From NCBI GenBank assembly GCA_013265495.1, contig MU060263.1:3856878-3920877 (forward strand): a stretch of DNA of 64,000 bases. Direction: 5' to 3'. The position numbers were made by a program, and so were the translations under genes. The DNA comes from Vicugna vicugna. Taxonomy: Eukaryota. The notes beneath the pieces were generated by a model. That model was not told the origin of the DNA, searched no databases, and saw nothing but the letters and a program-made list of their open reading frames with translations. Below, in pieces: positions 1 to 12,605 of this stretch. The number at the start of each line of letters is the position of its first letter. Position 1 is the first letter of the stretch.

Positions 1-2194
1 GGTAGACAATGTGCAGAAGGATGCAGGTGGTTTGGCTGATGTTCTTTATTTCTGGAAGTCCATCAGTTTGGTGGAAGGAAGAGAGTCAGATTTGGAGTGA
101 CAGCTTGAGAAATGAGGCTTTACGTACACTCTCGGTGGCGTGCTGCCTGCGGAAGCTTTGGGAAGTTCTGTGTTAAGGTGGGATTTAGAGAGCTGGGGGT
201 CAGGCTGACATTTGAGACTGTGAAACAGTTTGTTGCCTTTGGTCAAGATCATTAAATGTGCTTTTATTATTGTCTTGCTGCTTTTCTAGGGAGTTCTGGG
301 GTTCTGTGGAGGAGCAGATGGGCTGGAAATGAGGGGGGCGTCCCGGTGACCCTCCTCTGCAAGTGCAGCAGCATCTTTATCATTGGAGTTGCTGTAAGAT
401 TTTGTCCAGGAGGGGCCTCGGGGACAGTGTTCTTCTGCTTGCAAAAAACAAAACAAAACAGAAAATTAAGTTATTCATGTGTCTTTCTTTAAACACTTCA
501 ACCAGCTTTTCGAGCTCACTTTTTCCAGTGGTAAGCCCTGGGCAGGAAGTGTGAGGATGCTGCAGAGGGCACTGCCGGGCTCTCGGACAGGGCAGTGCCA
601 GCCTAGTGCAGTTTTCACCCCCTGGTGTCAGCCTCCAGGAGGGAAGTTTTTTCCCCCCACCTGTCTGAGCAGGTGTGTACTCCCATTTTCCTCTGGGGAG
701 AGCACAGGGGGATTTGCCCACAATCCACAGCCAAACTTTATGGACACACCCAGGGGGCTGCCTCAAAGCAGGCAGTTGTCCGTCCTCCCTCTTGTACTGC
801 CCACCTGTGACAGGAAAATGAGCCCTCAGAATTTTGTCACCTCTTCAGAGGCAGGTTCAACACACACATCCTTCTCTCTTCTTTATTAGCAACATTGAAA
901 TAAGCACGTTTCTGGGTAGCTTCCTTACAGACATTTGTAAGCATTTCGTGTGTTTTATTCTGAGTGTTAAGATGTCTTCTGGGGAAAATCCCTGCGGGTC
1001 TTGATGAGGCTTCAGTAAAAACCAGTTTTTCTACCTGTGGTCTGTTGTGGGACCACTGATGGGGGAGTAACCTGCATGGTCAATTGTAATCAATTAGGCT
1101 TTTTTTTTTCTTTTTTAAAGAATAGAAAAAGTGTCAGATTACATTCATTGCCCATCCTAAGGGTAAGTGTTTTTTCTTGGAACTTTGGTTTCGTTTGTAT
1201 GTGGGTAAAATGCATCCCGTCAGAAAAGCTGAAGGAACACTGCTTATGCACAGTTGTGATTGTTCTCTAATCCTGCTTCCCATGAGAGGGGCTTTTGGCT
1301 TTAGTCCTATTTGGGAAATTTTGGTGTAGTCTCTTAGAACAGCACTTTAGAAGTTTCATTGCTTGAACGTATGAAAGAATGTTGTCTTTTTCAGTTTAGA
1401 GCAGTTTTTTCTTCGAGGACTCACTGAGGCACAGAGGAAAACAGAGTTAGATAGATCTCTGTTTAATTCCAGACTTAAATATCTGTCTTAACAGCATGAA
1501 TTCACTCTGCCATCCCCATGGCCTTTATTTTATATGAGGGGGTCCACTTCAGGCTTCTGTTACGATAGCAACCTAACTGACTTTTCCTGTTTCCTTTGTG
1601 TTTACGTTGTCTACTCTAAACGTAATGCCTCACTCACTTTTGTTGTTGTTCGTGTTTCTTTTGGGTAAACGCATGGCATTTTCACCTAACCTTTTTGGGA
1701 AGAGAAACTTGATAATCAAGGAGTACTTTGCTTGTTCAGGGGTTGCAAATATGGTAAAACGTGTAATTAATGCTTATACTTTGAAGTCAAGAGAAAGGTC
1801 AACTCAGTATCTCTTACTAGAGCTGTTTAATGATTGTAAAAAAAAAAAAAATCCCAAGGTTTTTGTGTAATATTGTCAGTGGATAAACACGTTATACTTG
1901 ACGTTTAATAAAGATGAATTTCTCATATATTTAAAGTAGTATTTCTAATTATTATCACTTCTTTACATTTGAACTTCTCAATCTAATGTAAGGGTATGAA
2001 ATTTTGGAGTATTTTGTTGACTTTGGGGCAGCATTTCTTTTTTTCTCTGCAAATCCCTTTTCCCTTCTGCACACACACCTTTTGGGTTCTTGTCCTGGAT
2101 CTGCTAATTGCTTACGTGGTCCCTTTCAGGGGCTGTGTGTTTCTCTTTGATACGACTGAGAAGGCTGAACTGTACTTTATCTGCATCCTGTACT

Positions 2195-2345
2195 GAGAGC
2201 CAGGATAGCGGAGAGATTGAGGGCATGAATTCTAAAGCTGAGCTGCCTGGATTTGAATCTTGGCTCAAGTTCCTTGAGGCTTTGACCAATTCACTTCTGT
2301 CCGTGCGCCTCAGTTTTCTCACCTGTATGTTAATTATGTGGTAAG
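2195..2345 (+). mobile_element. MIR SINE
   Basis: MIR core-like ...gcctcagttttctcacctgta... Confidence 0.65.
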
Positions 2346-3019
2346 CCTTATATAGGTGTTTTAAAAGTGTTTTACCAGCCTTGCTTCAGCAATTCTGGGA
2401 GAACAGGGACATCTGAAAGGTTTCTTGTCCTCAGGATGCATTCCAGAGGAGGTCTTGCTTGCAGTAGAGGTAGCTGTCGCCTTGGGCCAAGGACAGCAGG
2501 AAGTGATAGGGAGAGGACTGGTTTTCAAGGTTCCCCTATGCCCCACTTTGAGCTTACGTTATACTTTTAATCTTCCTGCTTTGCTTGCTAATAAACTTGA
2601 TTTTTCTAACCCTGCAAGGGGCATGGTTTTCTGACCCTCAGCCTTCTTGGTTTTGCTGACCTCAGGCAGAAAGAACCTTTAGAGAAAACTATTTTCTTCT
2701 CTTCTTCCTTTTAGCCAGCTGTCTTAGGGTAAAGCTTATCTCTTTCATGAGCTGATGGCCATAGAGATAGCACACCCTACCACCCTGACATTTTCTGCCA
2801 AGCCCTCAGGACTGGCCTCAGCAGCCCCATGGCTGGAGCTTACAGTTAGGGCAGGCAATGGTCACTTTAACCAGGTGCTTGGTGGAACCAGGCAGGGATC
2901 ACCAGTTTCCTGGAGAGGAGATTCCTGGTGAGTGATTTATACTGCTCCATACCTTACTTGGCTTGGCCAGTTATATTCCACCTCTGGCTTCCATTTCTGT
3001 GTTAATAATAAACAAATAG

Positions 3020-3192
3020 GAAACTTAAATTCAGTTTCTTGTAATGAGCTGTAATGGAAAAGAATCTGAAAATATATATATATATGTATATGTATAGCTG
3101 AATCGCTTTGCTATACAACATAAAACTAACATTGTAAATTGACTACATTTCAATACAAAAGTATGATTTAAAAAAAACACTAAAAATAAATA
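3020..3192 (+). mobile_element. 5'-truncated L1 3' end with TSD
   Basis: L1 3' UTR tail (...gctgaatcgctttgctatac...aacattgtaaattgactac..., then A-rich); flanked by aaacaaatag at 3010-3019 and 3193-3202. Confidence 0.8.
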
Positions 3193-3624
3193 AAACAAAT
3201 AGCATTTACCAAATAAAGATTAATGCTAGACACAAGTCTGAGCACTTGAAATGAGTTAACATTAAATCCCGTTCACAGCCTCCTGACATACGTGTAGTCT
3301 TAAAGTTTTGCGTCCTCCGCCTGCCGCACCGTGCAGTCCCATACAGACGTCCGGATTGAGCTCCCTTTAACCTATGTGTTAGTGGAAACGTGCTAGTGTA
3401 CTACATTTCAACCCCATACAAACAATTTACCCCGGACTATGTACAAAATTAGCCCTTGGGTATGCTAGGGAGATCAGAGAGGGGCAGGGGGTGGAAATTA
3501 TTAGGAACACACAAGGAAGTTCAGGTATGCTGGAAGGATACGCTGGATCCAAGCTACTTTGAATGGTTAGCCTAAAAAGTTTAGACTAACTTTGGGAGGA
3601 AATTAAAATTTATTTCTGAAACAT

Positions 3625-4040
3625 ACTTTTAGCTGTGCATGTAACAGAATACCTAACAGTGACTTAAACAAAAAGACTTTTAAGAATTTTTTTTAACGAG
3701 TCTAGAGGAAGGAGGTCTCAGTCGTTCCAGCAGATTAATGAAGCCAGCGTGGACTCAAGTCCTTTTTATCTTTCTACTTCACCATCCCATGGTTGGCAAA
3801 TTGGCTTTTGGTCCTCTTGCTTGCTGCCTTTTTATAGAAGGATGACAGCTGCAACCTCAGGCATTACATCTGCATTATAATCAGAAACCAGAGGAGATGA
3901 CCATGCCGCCTTTTCCACTGTCCCTTTTATAAAGAGCTTTAAGTGTCTCAGCATGCTTCCTTCGTCTTGTGTCTCATTGGCCCAGTGGAGTTCCACAGCC
4001 ATCCCAGCTGCATGGGGACTGGGACAGTGACTGTCATGCT
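3625..4040. mobile_element. Old MaLR LTR (MLT1J/K-like)
   Basis: Motifs gatgacagctgcaacctcaggcattacatc and gtctcattggccc resemble MLT1J as recalled; boundaries approximate. Confidence 0.5.
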
Positions 4041-7000
4041 TTTCCAGCAAAGGCAGGAGCAGACTGACGGTGGTACCCACCCCGAGGCTCTGCTCCCGGG
4101 GCACAGGGGTGCTCAGCGTGGGCGAGGGGGAAGAGACGCGTGGGGAGCTCACGAGCCCTCTAGGTGCGTGGTCTTCCTTCAGGTTAAAATCCACTGAGTT
4201 ATTTATTTTACCTCTTAAGAAATTTATTCCTCGAGTTAAATACGTGTCAGATGTAGGTTGTGATTATTATGAAGACTTTTATCAAAATTACTTTTCTGTG
4301 GTTACATATGTTTATGTGACCTTGCCTATCCTAAGAGGTTGAAATGAAATGAAAGTATATTTTTGACTTTTCTTTACCTTGTAATTCTGGGCTTTTTGGC
4401 AGTCCTTTATTTCATTGTTACCATGCTGTGTACATTATAGTTATTTTGTGTATTTTTAAATTGAATTCAACTTAGTCTTGAATAGAACTACGTAGTAATC
4501 TTAAGAGTCTAATAAATTTTTATAAGTTTTAAATTCATCAGGTTGAAGATCCAGGTGTCACGCTAGGTATGGAATAGTGTGTTGGGGCGTGGACGGTTGT
4601 CCTGACTGAAAGGGAGAGGCTCCCGCCACTTGGGAGTCTGGGGTCGAGATTCAGCAGATGTAGCTTCTCATGCCAGGTGTTCAGGGAAAAGCCCAGCGGC
4701 CTGACTGAGGCGTTCCTTTGGCTTTGACCTTCTTCATCTAAGATTCGGAGGTGGGACTGGGTCATCTCAAGAGGGTTGCTAGCCCACCGCCCTGTGAATG
4801 AGTTTGTCTCCAAGGAGCAGGGAAAGGGGGAACTGTGGGAAGAGTCACAGAAAGGGACATCTCACGTCTCCTGGGGGGGGACTTAGTTCTGCTTTTTTGA
4901 GGGTCAGATCGGGTAATAATAGCATGTGGGAAAAATCATTCAAAAAGTTCCTTGCAGAATGATGAACTTTATCAAACTATCATGTGAAGCAGCTTTGCTT
5001 CTCGGTGTGAGTGAGTATTAAAAAGAGGTAGTCGTGGCCATCGTTTCCCCTTTATTTCAGTAAAACACCCCAGGATTTCATCGTGAATCTAAGAGCAAGC
5101 ACTTAGATCTGTGTTTCTGGTGGTGGTTTCTTGGGCATCCTGCTCAGTTTATGGTTTCCTGAAAACATGTTTGGGGACTCACTCCCCTATATTGTTCTCG
5201 TGATGCAGCTCTTGTTTGTGACACACTGTGACTCAGATGTTCAGTCCTGCAGCTAAGGAGACCCAGGAAAGCCATGGGGAGCCGCACTTCTCAGCATCCC
5301 AGCAACCGTGGCTGGGGTTCCTCTCGTCCCGTCTGAGGCTTGTCACCCCTGGCTTGTAGCGGCAGTGACAGCAGCTTCCATAACCTCCAGCTGTCTTCCT
5401 TCCCTCTCCTCGGAAGCAGGGCCGGTTTGGCGGCAGCACCAGCACCCCCCTTCAGAAGTGGGGCCTGGGGTGAGCAGGGAGTGGCCCAGCGCTGGCCTTG
5501 CGCCCTCGTGGGCATGTAGGACCCGTCAGATAGTTCTGGGGCAGCCCGCCGAAGACTTCCGGCCTCCACCCCGCTCCCTGGTGTGTGTAGGAGACGGTGT
5601 GTGTAGGGGACAGTGTGTGATCTTGGCACTGCGGTGCTTTGTTCATCTTTTTGAATCAAGTGACTTATTTCTGTCACATTAGCTTTGGAAACAGCCTTAA
5701 ATCTCTCTTCCTCTCTCTCCCTTGTGCCACATCAGGCCCTGTGATCTCTCACTCAGATTAGTATTCTCCTCCTTAACTGTCATCTGTGCTGACGCTCAGC
5801 CCGCCGCGGTACTGCTCGTCAGCCCCTAGAACAGGAGACCCCAGCCTGGAGGGTGTTTATCACAGCCCGCAACAGCTCCACAAGCCCGCAGCGGCTGCTA
5901 GGACCTCTCAAACGTGCTGTCGGGTCCCCAGGGCACACCAGCCTCGTGCATCGCAGATCTCTGTGTCCTTGCAAAAGGCCAAGGAGTGGCCTCGGCCTCC
6001 AGGGTCGTTGTGAGGACCAATAAGTTAATGTGGGTCAAGTGCTTAGGGTATAACAATGTTCAACATGGATTAAAAATAAGAGAAGTAAGAAAATCTCAAG
6101 ACCTCTCCATGCACATAGTCTTTCTACAAATTAAAATCTTTGATTTATGTATTTACCTCCTAAGAAATAGATTCCTTGTGTTAAATATGTCAGGTGTAGG
6201 TTGATAATTACGAAGCCTTTTATCAAAACGGCTTTGTTTCCCGCGGTTACGTATGTTTCTGTGACCTTGCTTACGGCGAAGGTACCTGGCTTACGGTAAT
6301 CCCTTTGTCTCTCGTCCCCTAGGGTAGAGACTTCCCTGGGGTGTGAATTTTTGAATTCAGGTGAATAAAAATTATTTTGTTATAGAGCTGACCTTGAAGA
6401 AGTAATTGCTTTCAGAATCAAGCATTTGTAAGCTTCCTTATTAGTAACTCATTCGCCTTGACATTCTTCTAACGATGGCTTCCTGCATGTGGGTTTGTCG
6501 AGAATTTCTAGAACCCAGGATGAGGATTTGTGCTCCTGAGTGATTAACTGAAGGGACTGCTGACCCCCGCGGCCTCCCGCTCACACTGCTCCTGTGCGTA
6601 CTCTTGTCTTTGCCATGCTGTTCCTCCTTGCTGTGCCTGGCAGCATCTAGTGCCCGCCCTGTCTCCTCCTGGCAGATCTTTGCCAGTGCTGTTCCTCCCC
6701 CGCACCCCAGGCACACTCCCCAGTGCCCACCCTCGTGCTTAGCCTTCTGGCCCTTACTTTGGGGTCTGTGTCCCGTGCACTAGATTTGAACTTCCGGGGG
6801 ACGGTGCCCTTCTTAATGACCTTGTACCCCGTGTGGAGTTAGCATGACGAGTGAAGCAGTAGACCCAGAGCCTTGTACGGAGGGGAGCATGCTTCCCACT
6901 TGACCCCTGCTTCCCAGCTTCCACCCCAGAGCAGCCGTGCTTGGCTGGCGGGCACTAGTTGTTGGTGATGGTGGTGGAGATGGATTCAGAGTTGCCAGGA

Positions 7001-8699
7001 GACACTTTGTGCAATTCAGAGAGACATAGCCTGGAATCACTGTGGTCCTTTAATTTTAGCCATACCACTTTATTTATTTTGACATTTCAAATGGCATTAA
7101 AAGGAAGGCAGGAGATTTTTGTCAAAAAGGGAAAACATTTTTTTAAAAGTTAGGAAACCTTGTTCCACTCTACAGAAAGAGGCCAGCATTTTCATTTATC
7201 TATGTCTTTTGAGGCAAGTAGTTTTCATTTGATTAAGAGTGAGTAGTTGGTTCGAGATGAATGTGGTAAGAGCTGGTTGTGGAAATTTTCACTAGAGTGT
7301 GATGTTTTGTTGACCAACTGTTACAGAATTGTTGCCATTTTGTAGTTTTAACATTGAAGTTCAGATGTTAAAAACTTAGGTTAAATCTTTGTTTTTGTTT
7401 CTTTTTTTTTTTTTTAATACGTAAGGCTAAGCCCACTGGCAAGGTTGAGGCTGATTGACAGTTGTCTTTAGTAGAAGTAGTGCTTCAGTTTCAAAGCCTT
7501 GTCTCCTGCAGACTGAAGTCCGCCCCTGCCTCTGCTGCACGTGAGCTGGGCCAGCTCCCGAGTCTCACCGCAGGGGCGGGGCGGGGCGCGGTGAGGATGG
7601 ACGGAAGCCCTGCACACAGCACCTGGCCAGCACCTGGCCGTACTGCCCGGTACCTGTAAAAGGCTTCTGAGGCCCCTCCACACAAGGTCTCCCTGTGACA
7701 GTAGAGCGTACGATAAGCGTGTGGTCCAGAGAAAGAAAGAGGGACAAATCAAAGACTGAGCTAGCTCTGGGAAGTTTTCACGTAAGACCATGTATAGCAT
7801 TTTTGTCTTTCATCCCTGGAAAAAATACACAGAATGAGTAAGAAGTGAAGGCCGAAAACTCCAGTGTAGAATTTCTTCTTGAAGTACGTTGAGTGTGCTT
7901 TGGTTTTCTGTGTTTTGTTATTCGTGTAATTGCCAGTTCAGAGGGATGACATACTCATTGTGAAGGTGAGACGCAGGTGAAGTAAGATGCCACGTTCTAC
8001 AGGATGGGGAAAGCGAGGTGAGGCTGGAGAGGCAGCACCTGAGCAGAGACAAATGGGCAAATGGGACAAGAGTGTGGCAAGGATGTGCATGGCATGACTG
8101 TCATCTAACAGGACAGCTGTTCACCCGTGATTTAAGGAGGCATATTTCAAAAGCATCGTGCTTCTTTGATTTTAGTCACCACGTTGAATTTATTTTGAAG
8201 TTTCTCGAAAGGGAAACAGAGAGTGGTATATATGAGGCTGATTTCATTACCTTATTGTCACATATTGTGTATTTCAGGGAAACTTCCATTGGATGTTACT
8301 TAAGATTGCTTGAACACGTTATGGTTATTTGATCCAAATAAAAAGGAGATAGTCCTTGCCTATTTTATCAAGATGCCGTACAAATTAACTGAAGTTGTGA
8401 GAGTATACATTATTTTGGTTACCAATGTATCCTCAAATCTTTTAATTTTATTGACATATTTTCAAAGCTAGCTATAAATCTATATATGTGAAATTTTAAT
8501 GCCTCTTGTAAGTTTAAATGCGTTTTAATTCTGCATTTTTTATGACATTAGGCAAATTGGCAAAAGACTAGTTATAGCACAGAGAAAATTTTGTTAACTC
8601 CTATGTTAACTCCTATGCTTGGTAAAAATAGGGAGTCAGATCTCTTTACGGTGCTCAGACTGTGTCAAGGAGAGCGTGTAGGGCCTTGGGTGGGGCAGA

Positions 8700-8880
8700 C
8701 ACAGGTGTGACTGCCAGTTCCTTTACTTGACCCACAGCCTCGGGCAAGCATTCGGCCTCCAGAGTCGAGGTTTCCTCCTATGTCAGGCAGGGGTGATAAT
8801 CACTAGCTCAAAAGCTATTGGGGGATTAATTAGTAAGCAGTCAGCACTGTGTACAGAACACAGGGGTCGTTCTTGGCACG
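8700..8880 (+). mobile_element. MIR SINE (degenerate)
   Basis: cctcgggcaagcattcggcctc...gtttcctcctatgt...gataatcac. Confidence 0.5.
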
Positions 8881-9579
8881 GCTGCTTCAGGCTCTGGGTG
8901 GCCAGGTGAATGAAACACGACGCCCTGGAGCATGCAGCAGGGCACCAGGCTCCCACTCAGCCCAGCACCGCCGTCTCTGCCTCCTTTGAGGATGGATGTT
9001 TTCAGGATTACATCCTGTTTACTTTTTTAAGGAAATTTTCTCATTTTCGTTTGTAAACAATTTAAAAGGAATGCTGTGCTTTGTGGAAAAGTGCAACATC
9101 TGAACAATAGGTACAGTAGTTGAGTCACTTTTTTATGTTTCTAACCCTACAAGGCACTTCTGCTGCTTTTCTTGTGTATGTTGTGTTCTCTCCTAGATGG
9201 ATGCTGTCTTTCTGCCCAGTTGAAGTTTCTTTAGATCACAGCCACTTGCTTTTCTCCCGTTTAAATGTCAAGCTCTAGTGTATTGACAGCTCCAGGTGGT
9301 CGCTCCGTGGTCAGCATGCAGTGGCAGATTTTTGTTTACCCACGGAGTTCGTGGGGCTGGTTTAAAATGTGAGGGGAAGGCCCATTAGACTTCTGTTACT
9401 GCTGTTTACTGTAAACCATAAACACTATTCATACAGATTCCTCTAAGCCTAAGAAAGGCAACTATATTCTTTAAGAGAAACGTCTCTTCTTTAAGAGGAA
9501 ATTTCAGTCTGCGCAGTCACTTTTCTCACCCGTGTTCCTGCTCAGGCTTCCTCCCCGGGGAAAGCTGCCTTCCCTTCCT

Positions 9580-9631
9580 CCACCCTCTCCACTGCCCAGT
9601 CCACCCTCTGTGCTGCCCAGTCCACCCTCTG
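9580..9631 (+). repeat. 21-bp tandem repeat, ~2.5 copies
   Basis: ccaccctctccactgcccagt / ccaccctctgtgctgcccagt / ccaccctctg. Confidence 0.85.
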
Positions 9632-9779
9632 CACATGTCAGTAGCCCTCATCTCAAATGTCATTAAGAATCCCCTCTTCTTTGGATCTTTTTCCAAATCT
9701 CCCCAAGTTGGGTTGGCCATTCCCTCCCTGTGGCTCCCCTGTTCCTTGTAGCCTTAGTTCTGTCACAGCAGCATCCAGC

Positions 9780-9945
9780 TCTCCCTGGACCTCCTTTATC
9801 TACATGCTGGTGTCTTTTTTTGTGAAAAGCCGAAGAAGCTTGCTGAGGGCAGGAACCCCGTCCTGGTGTCCTGCCTGGCTTGGCCCGCCTGGCCGAGCAT
9901 GTCACTTGACCCATATTAACAGCTTAGCAGATGCTGGATGAATGG
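9780..9945 (+). mobile_element. L2 3' end
   Basis: gcttgctgagggcaggaacc ... gctggatgaatgga tail. Confidence 0.55.
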
Positions 9946-10280
9946 ACGGTGCGTTCATCCCCAGTGTGAGGCCATGGGAGAGACAGCTGCATCCTCTCCT
10001 TCCCAGCGTGCTGTCTGCTTTTGCACACACACCACGTGCCTTCTGGGGCGTCAGGTGTCTGTGTTTCCTGCCTTTGGGGTACAACTGGCAGTCCGCCAGT
10101 GAACTGGGAGAGGATTCCTGGTGACAGGAGAGGAATAAGGACGGACCACTAGTTTTAGGTGGCCCATGCTCAGTCTTCTATGACACTCCCCTGTGCAGAA
10201 CAAGGAGACAGATACGGGACTGTGACTGTGCTGAGGACAGAGACAGGGCAACTGACTGACCATCTGTTAAGAAGCCCGGC

Positions 10281-10300
10281 GTGTGTGTGTGTGTGTGTGT
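10281..10300 (+). repeat. (GT)10 microsatellite
   Basis: Read directly from the sequence. Confidence 0.95.
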
Positions 10301-10361
10301 ATTGTTTTCTTTGAGACATCTTGCAAAAAATTAATAAAATGTGCCCTTTCTTTTAAAGGCG

Positions 10362-10718
10362 TGTTGTTAGTTGGCTACGGCTGCTGTAACAAAATACCTC
10401 AGACTGTCTTAAAGGACAGAAGTTTGTGTTCTCACAGTTCTAATGGCTGGAAGTCCAAGGTCAAAGTGTCAGCAGGACTGGTTTCTTCGGAGGCCTCTCC
10501 TTGGCTTGCAGATGGCCGTCTTTCCTCGTGTCTTTGTGTGTGTCTTTCCTCTGCGCGCGTCTGTGCCCTCTTCTTAGAAGCACAGCAGTCATGCTGGATT
10601 AGGGCCCACCCTCATCACCTCATTTTAACTTAATTACCTCTTGTCTTCAAATACACTCACGTTTGGAGGTGCTGTGGGTTAGGCCTTCAGCATATGAATT
10701 TGAGGACATGCAATTCTC
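10362..10718 (-). mobile_element. MaLR LTR, MLT1A/B-like
   Basis: ggctgctgtaacaaaatacc...tctcacagttc..ggctggaagtccaaggtcaa...ggattagggcccaccct...catatgaattt. Confidence 0.85.
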
Positions 10719-11052
10719 TGAGTACCTGTGGATTTTAACTACTTAGTGTACTTCTGTAGGGCAGTTTATTAACTGAGATTCCATGGAGTGTTATGTGTGA
10801 GGGCACACGTATCATGCCATGTTTGTGTGTCAGACTAGAGAAAGTCACCATCCTTGAAAGAGTTGGTAGTCTGGGTGTGGCTTCTTCTCTAGACCATCAA
10901 AAGACTCTGTCTTCCTCCTGTGAAATCTAGACCCAAATCTAACAGGTAAAAATGGACAGTCACAGAAAAATAGGGAGGATGTGCGAGTACACACAAAAGA
11001 GGGAGAGATGCAGACATCAGTGGCTACTCCTCCAGTTAAGCATAATGCCTTC

Positions 11053-11179
11053 TGGAACTATATTCAGTATCTTGTAATAACCAATAATGAAAATACATAT
11101 ACATATAACTGAATGACTTTACGGTATACCTGAAACTAACACAGTATTGTAAATCAACTATACTTCAGTTTTAAGGGAA
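11053..11179 (+). mobile_element. 5'-truncated L1 3' end with 15-bp TSD
   Basis: L1 tail ...aactgaatgac...cctgaaactaacacagtattgtaaatcaactatacttca; TSD aagcataatgccttc (11038-11052) and aagaataatgccttc (11180-11194). Confidence 0.88.
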
Positions 11180-11702
11180 AAGAATAATGCCTTCCGAGTA
11201 CAGCAAGTTGGAGTATATATGAAATTGTGTCCAAATGCGTGACCACTTTACATATTTTTAACATAAACAGTACTTTAAGTCAATATATTTACAATCTTTC
11301 TCATCCATGAAGTACTCTGATAAACAGGAAACAACAAAATTATGAAGCATAAAGTTAGTTTCAAAGTTTCATCTGGAAGGTTCTCTGTCAGCCCAAGTTT
11401 GAGGAAGTACTCACAAAGCCGCGTCTGACGTTTCGCAGCTGTGCTCAGCTGAGTAATGGACCTGTGTAGGTGGTGAACTCTGGAAGAAGAACTACAGAGT
11501 TGCATTTTGAAAAAGGATTTCTTCTTTGAAATATGTCTCATATACACGAGGAGAACTATTGTTATTCTCATAGTTATGAGAAATGAATTTCCTACAAAGT
11601 TTAGAAATTCCTTGATTGTTTGAAATTTTCATCTACAGTATTTTAAAGGATATTTATTTGATCTTTTGTTTTTTTGTATTCTTCTCTCCTTTTAAAATCC
11701 AG

Positions 11703-11821
11703 CTCATGGTGTTTGGGATCTTCCTGTGCCTGGATGCGTTTCTGTACGTGTTCACCCTGCTTCCTTTAAGAGTTTTCCTGGCACTGTTCAGGCTCTTCAC
11801 GCTGCCTTGCTACGGCTTAAG
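11703..11821 (+). CDS. TAPT1: TAPT1 exon 3 (119 nt) LMVFGIFLCLDAFLYVFTLLPLRVFLALFRLFTLPCYGL(R)
   Basis: Acceptor ...aaatccag|CTC and donor AAG|gtaagt; hydrophobic TM-like peptide. Confidence 0.97.
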
Positions 11822-12419
11822 GTAAGTTTCAGATCATGAACTATTTCAAATGTCTAGATTATTTTTACTGCTTGTAGTTAAAATAAATAATCACTTGGAT
11901 AGATTTTTTTAGAATGGGGATAATTCATAAAGTTGCATTCACACTTTGGCCCTTACTATATAAACTAATGTTTTTGTCTTTTTAGTGAATATTATATAGT
12001 ATTTCTGCTTTTTATATGCACATTTTTCTTTCCAAATGGTTTTGAACCAGAGTTTTGCTCCGGCCAGTGACCTAATGTTAGCAATGCAGGAGCCTGTGTG
12101 GAAGAATAGGAAGGACCCAGCACTGGGTCAAGGACCTCATTGCCACTCTGCCGCCTCACCCAGTGCCTTTATTTTCTTGGCATCTCTCGGCCTCCTGGGC
12201 ATCATCTGTAAAGTGAAGGCTTTGTTCTGGTCTGAGAGGCGAGGGCGAGTGGCATCAGAATCTCCCAGGGAGCTCTTAACTGCAGGGTTTCTCCTCCATC
12301 TCACTTGACAGTCACCGTGCGCGTGGCCTAGCGAGCCTTAGTTACTGCTTACAGGTGAGACGCCCTCTGATTTGTGAGAGGGGCAAACTCTTGAAGACCA
12401 TTGTCCTGCTGGGAAGGAT

Positions 12420-12605
12420 CACCAGCCTGGTCAAACGCTGATTAGTTGGTGAGCTGTGGGCAACTGCCTGACTTCTCCAAGCCCGTGTCTCCGTCAGTAG
12501 AAAGGGGATGTTGAGAACCAGTATCTTTTACCGCAAAGACTGAGGTGTAAAAAGAATACTCAGTGTAGTGCCTGGTGCAGTAGACAGGAACAAATACTAT
12601 TTCCT
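12420..12605 (+). mobile_element. MIR SINE (degenerate)
   Basis: gctgtgggcaactgcctgacttctc ... gtagtgcctggtgcagtag. Confidence 0.5.

Noticed and set aside
1-11702. TAPT1 exons 1-2
   Set aside because: I found no sequence encoding the expected ELSLLRFLSAELTRGYFLEHNEAKY peptide; these exons should lie upstream of the window.
12312-12354. 43-nt pseudo-exon (ttgacag|...CAG|gtgaga) in intron 3
   Set aside because: The pyrimidine tract is weak, it lies beside MIR/L2 debris, and such matches are expected by chance.
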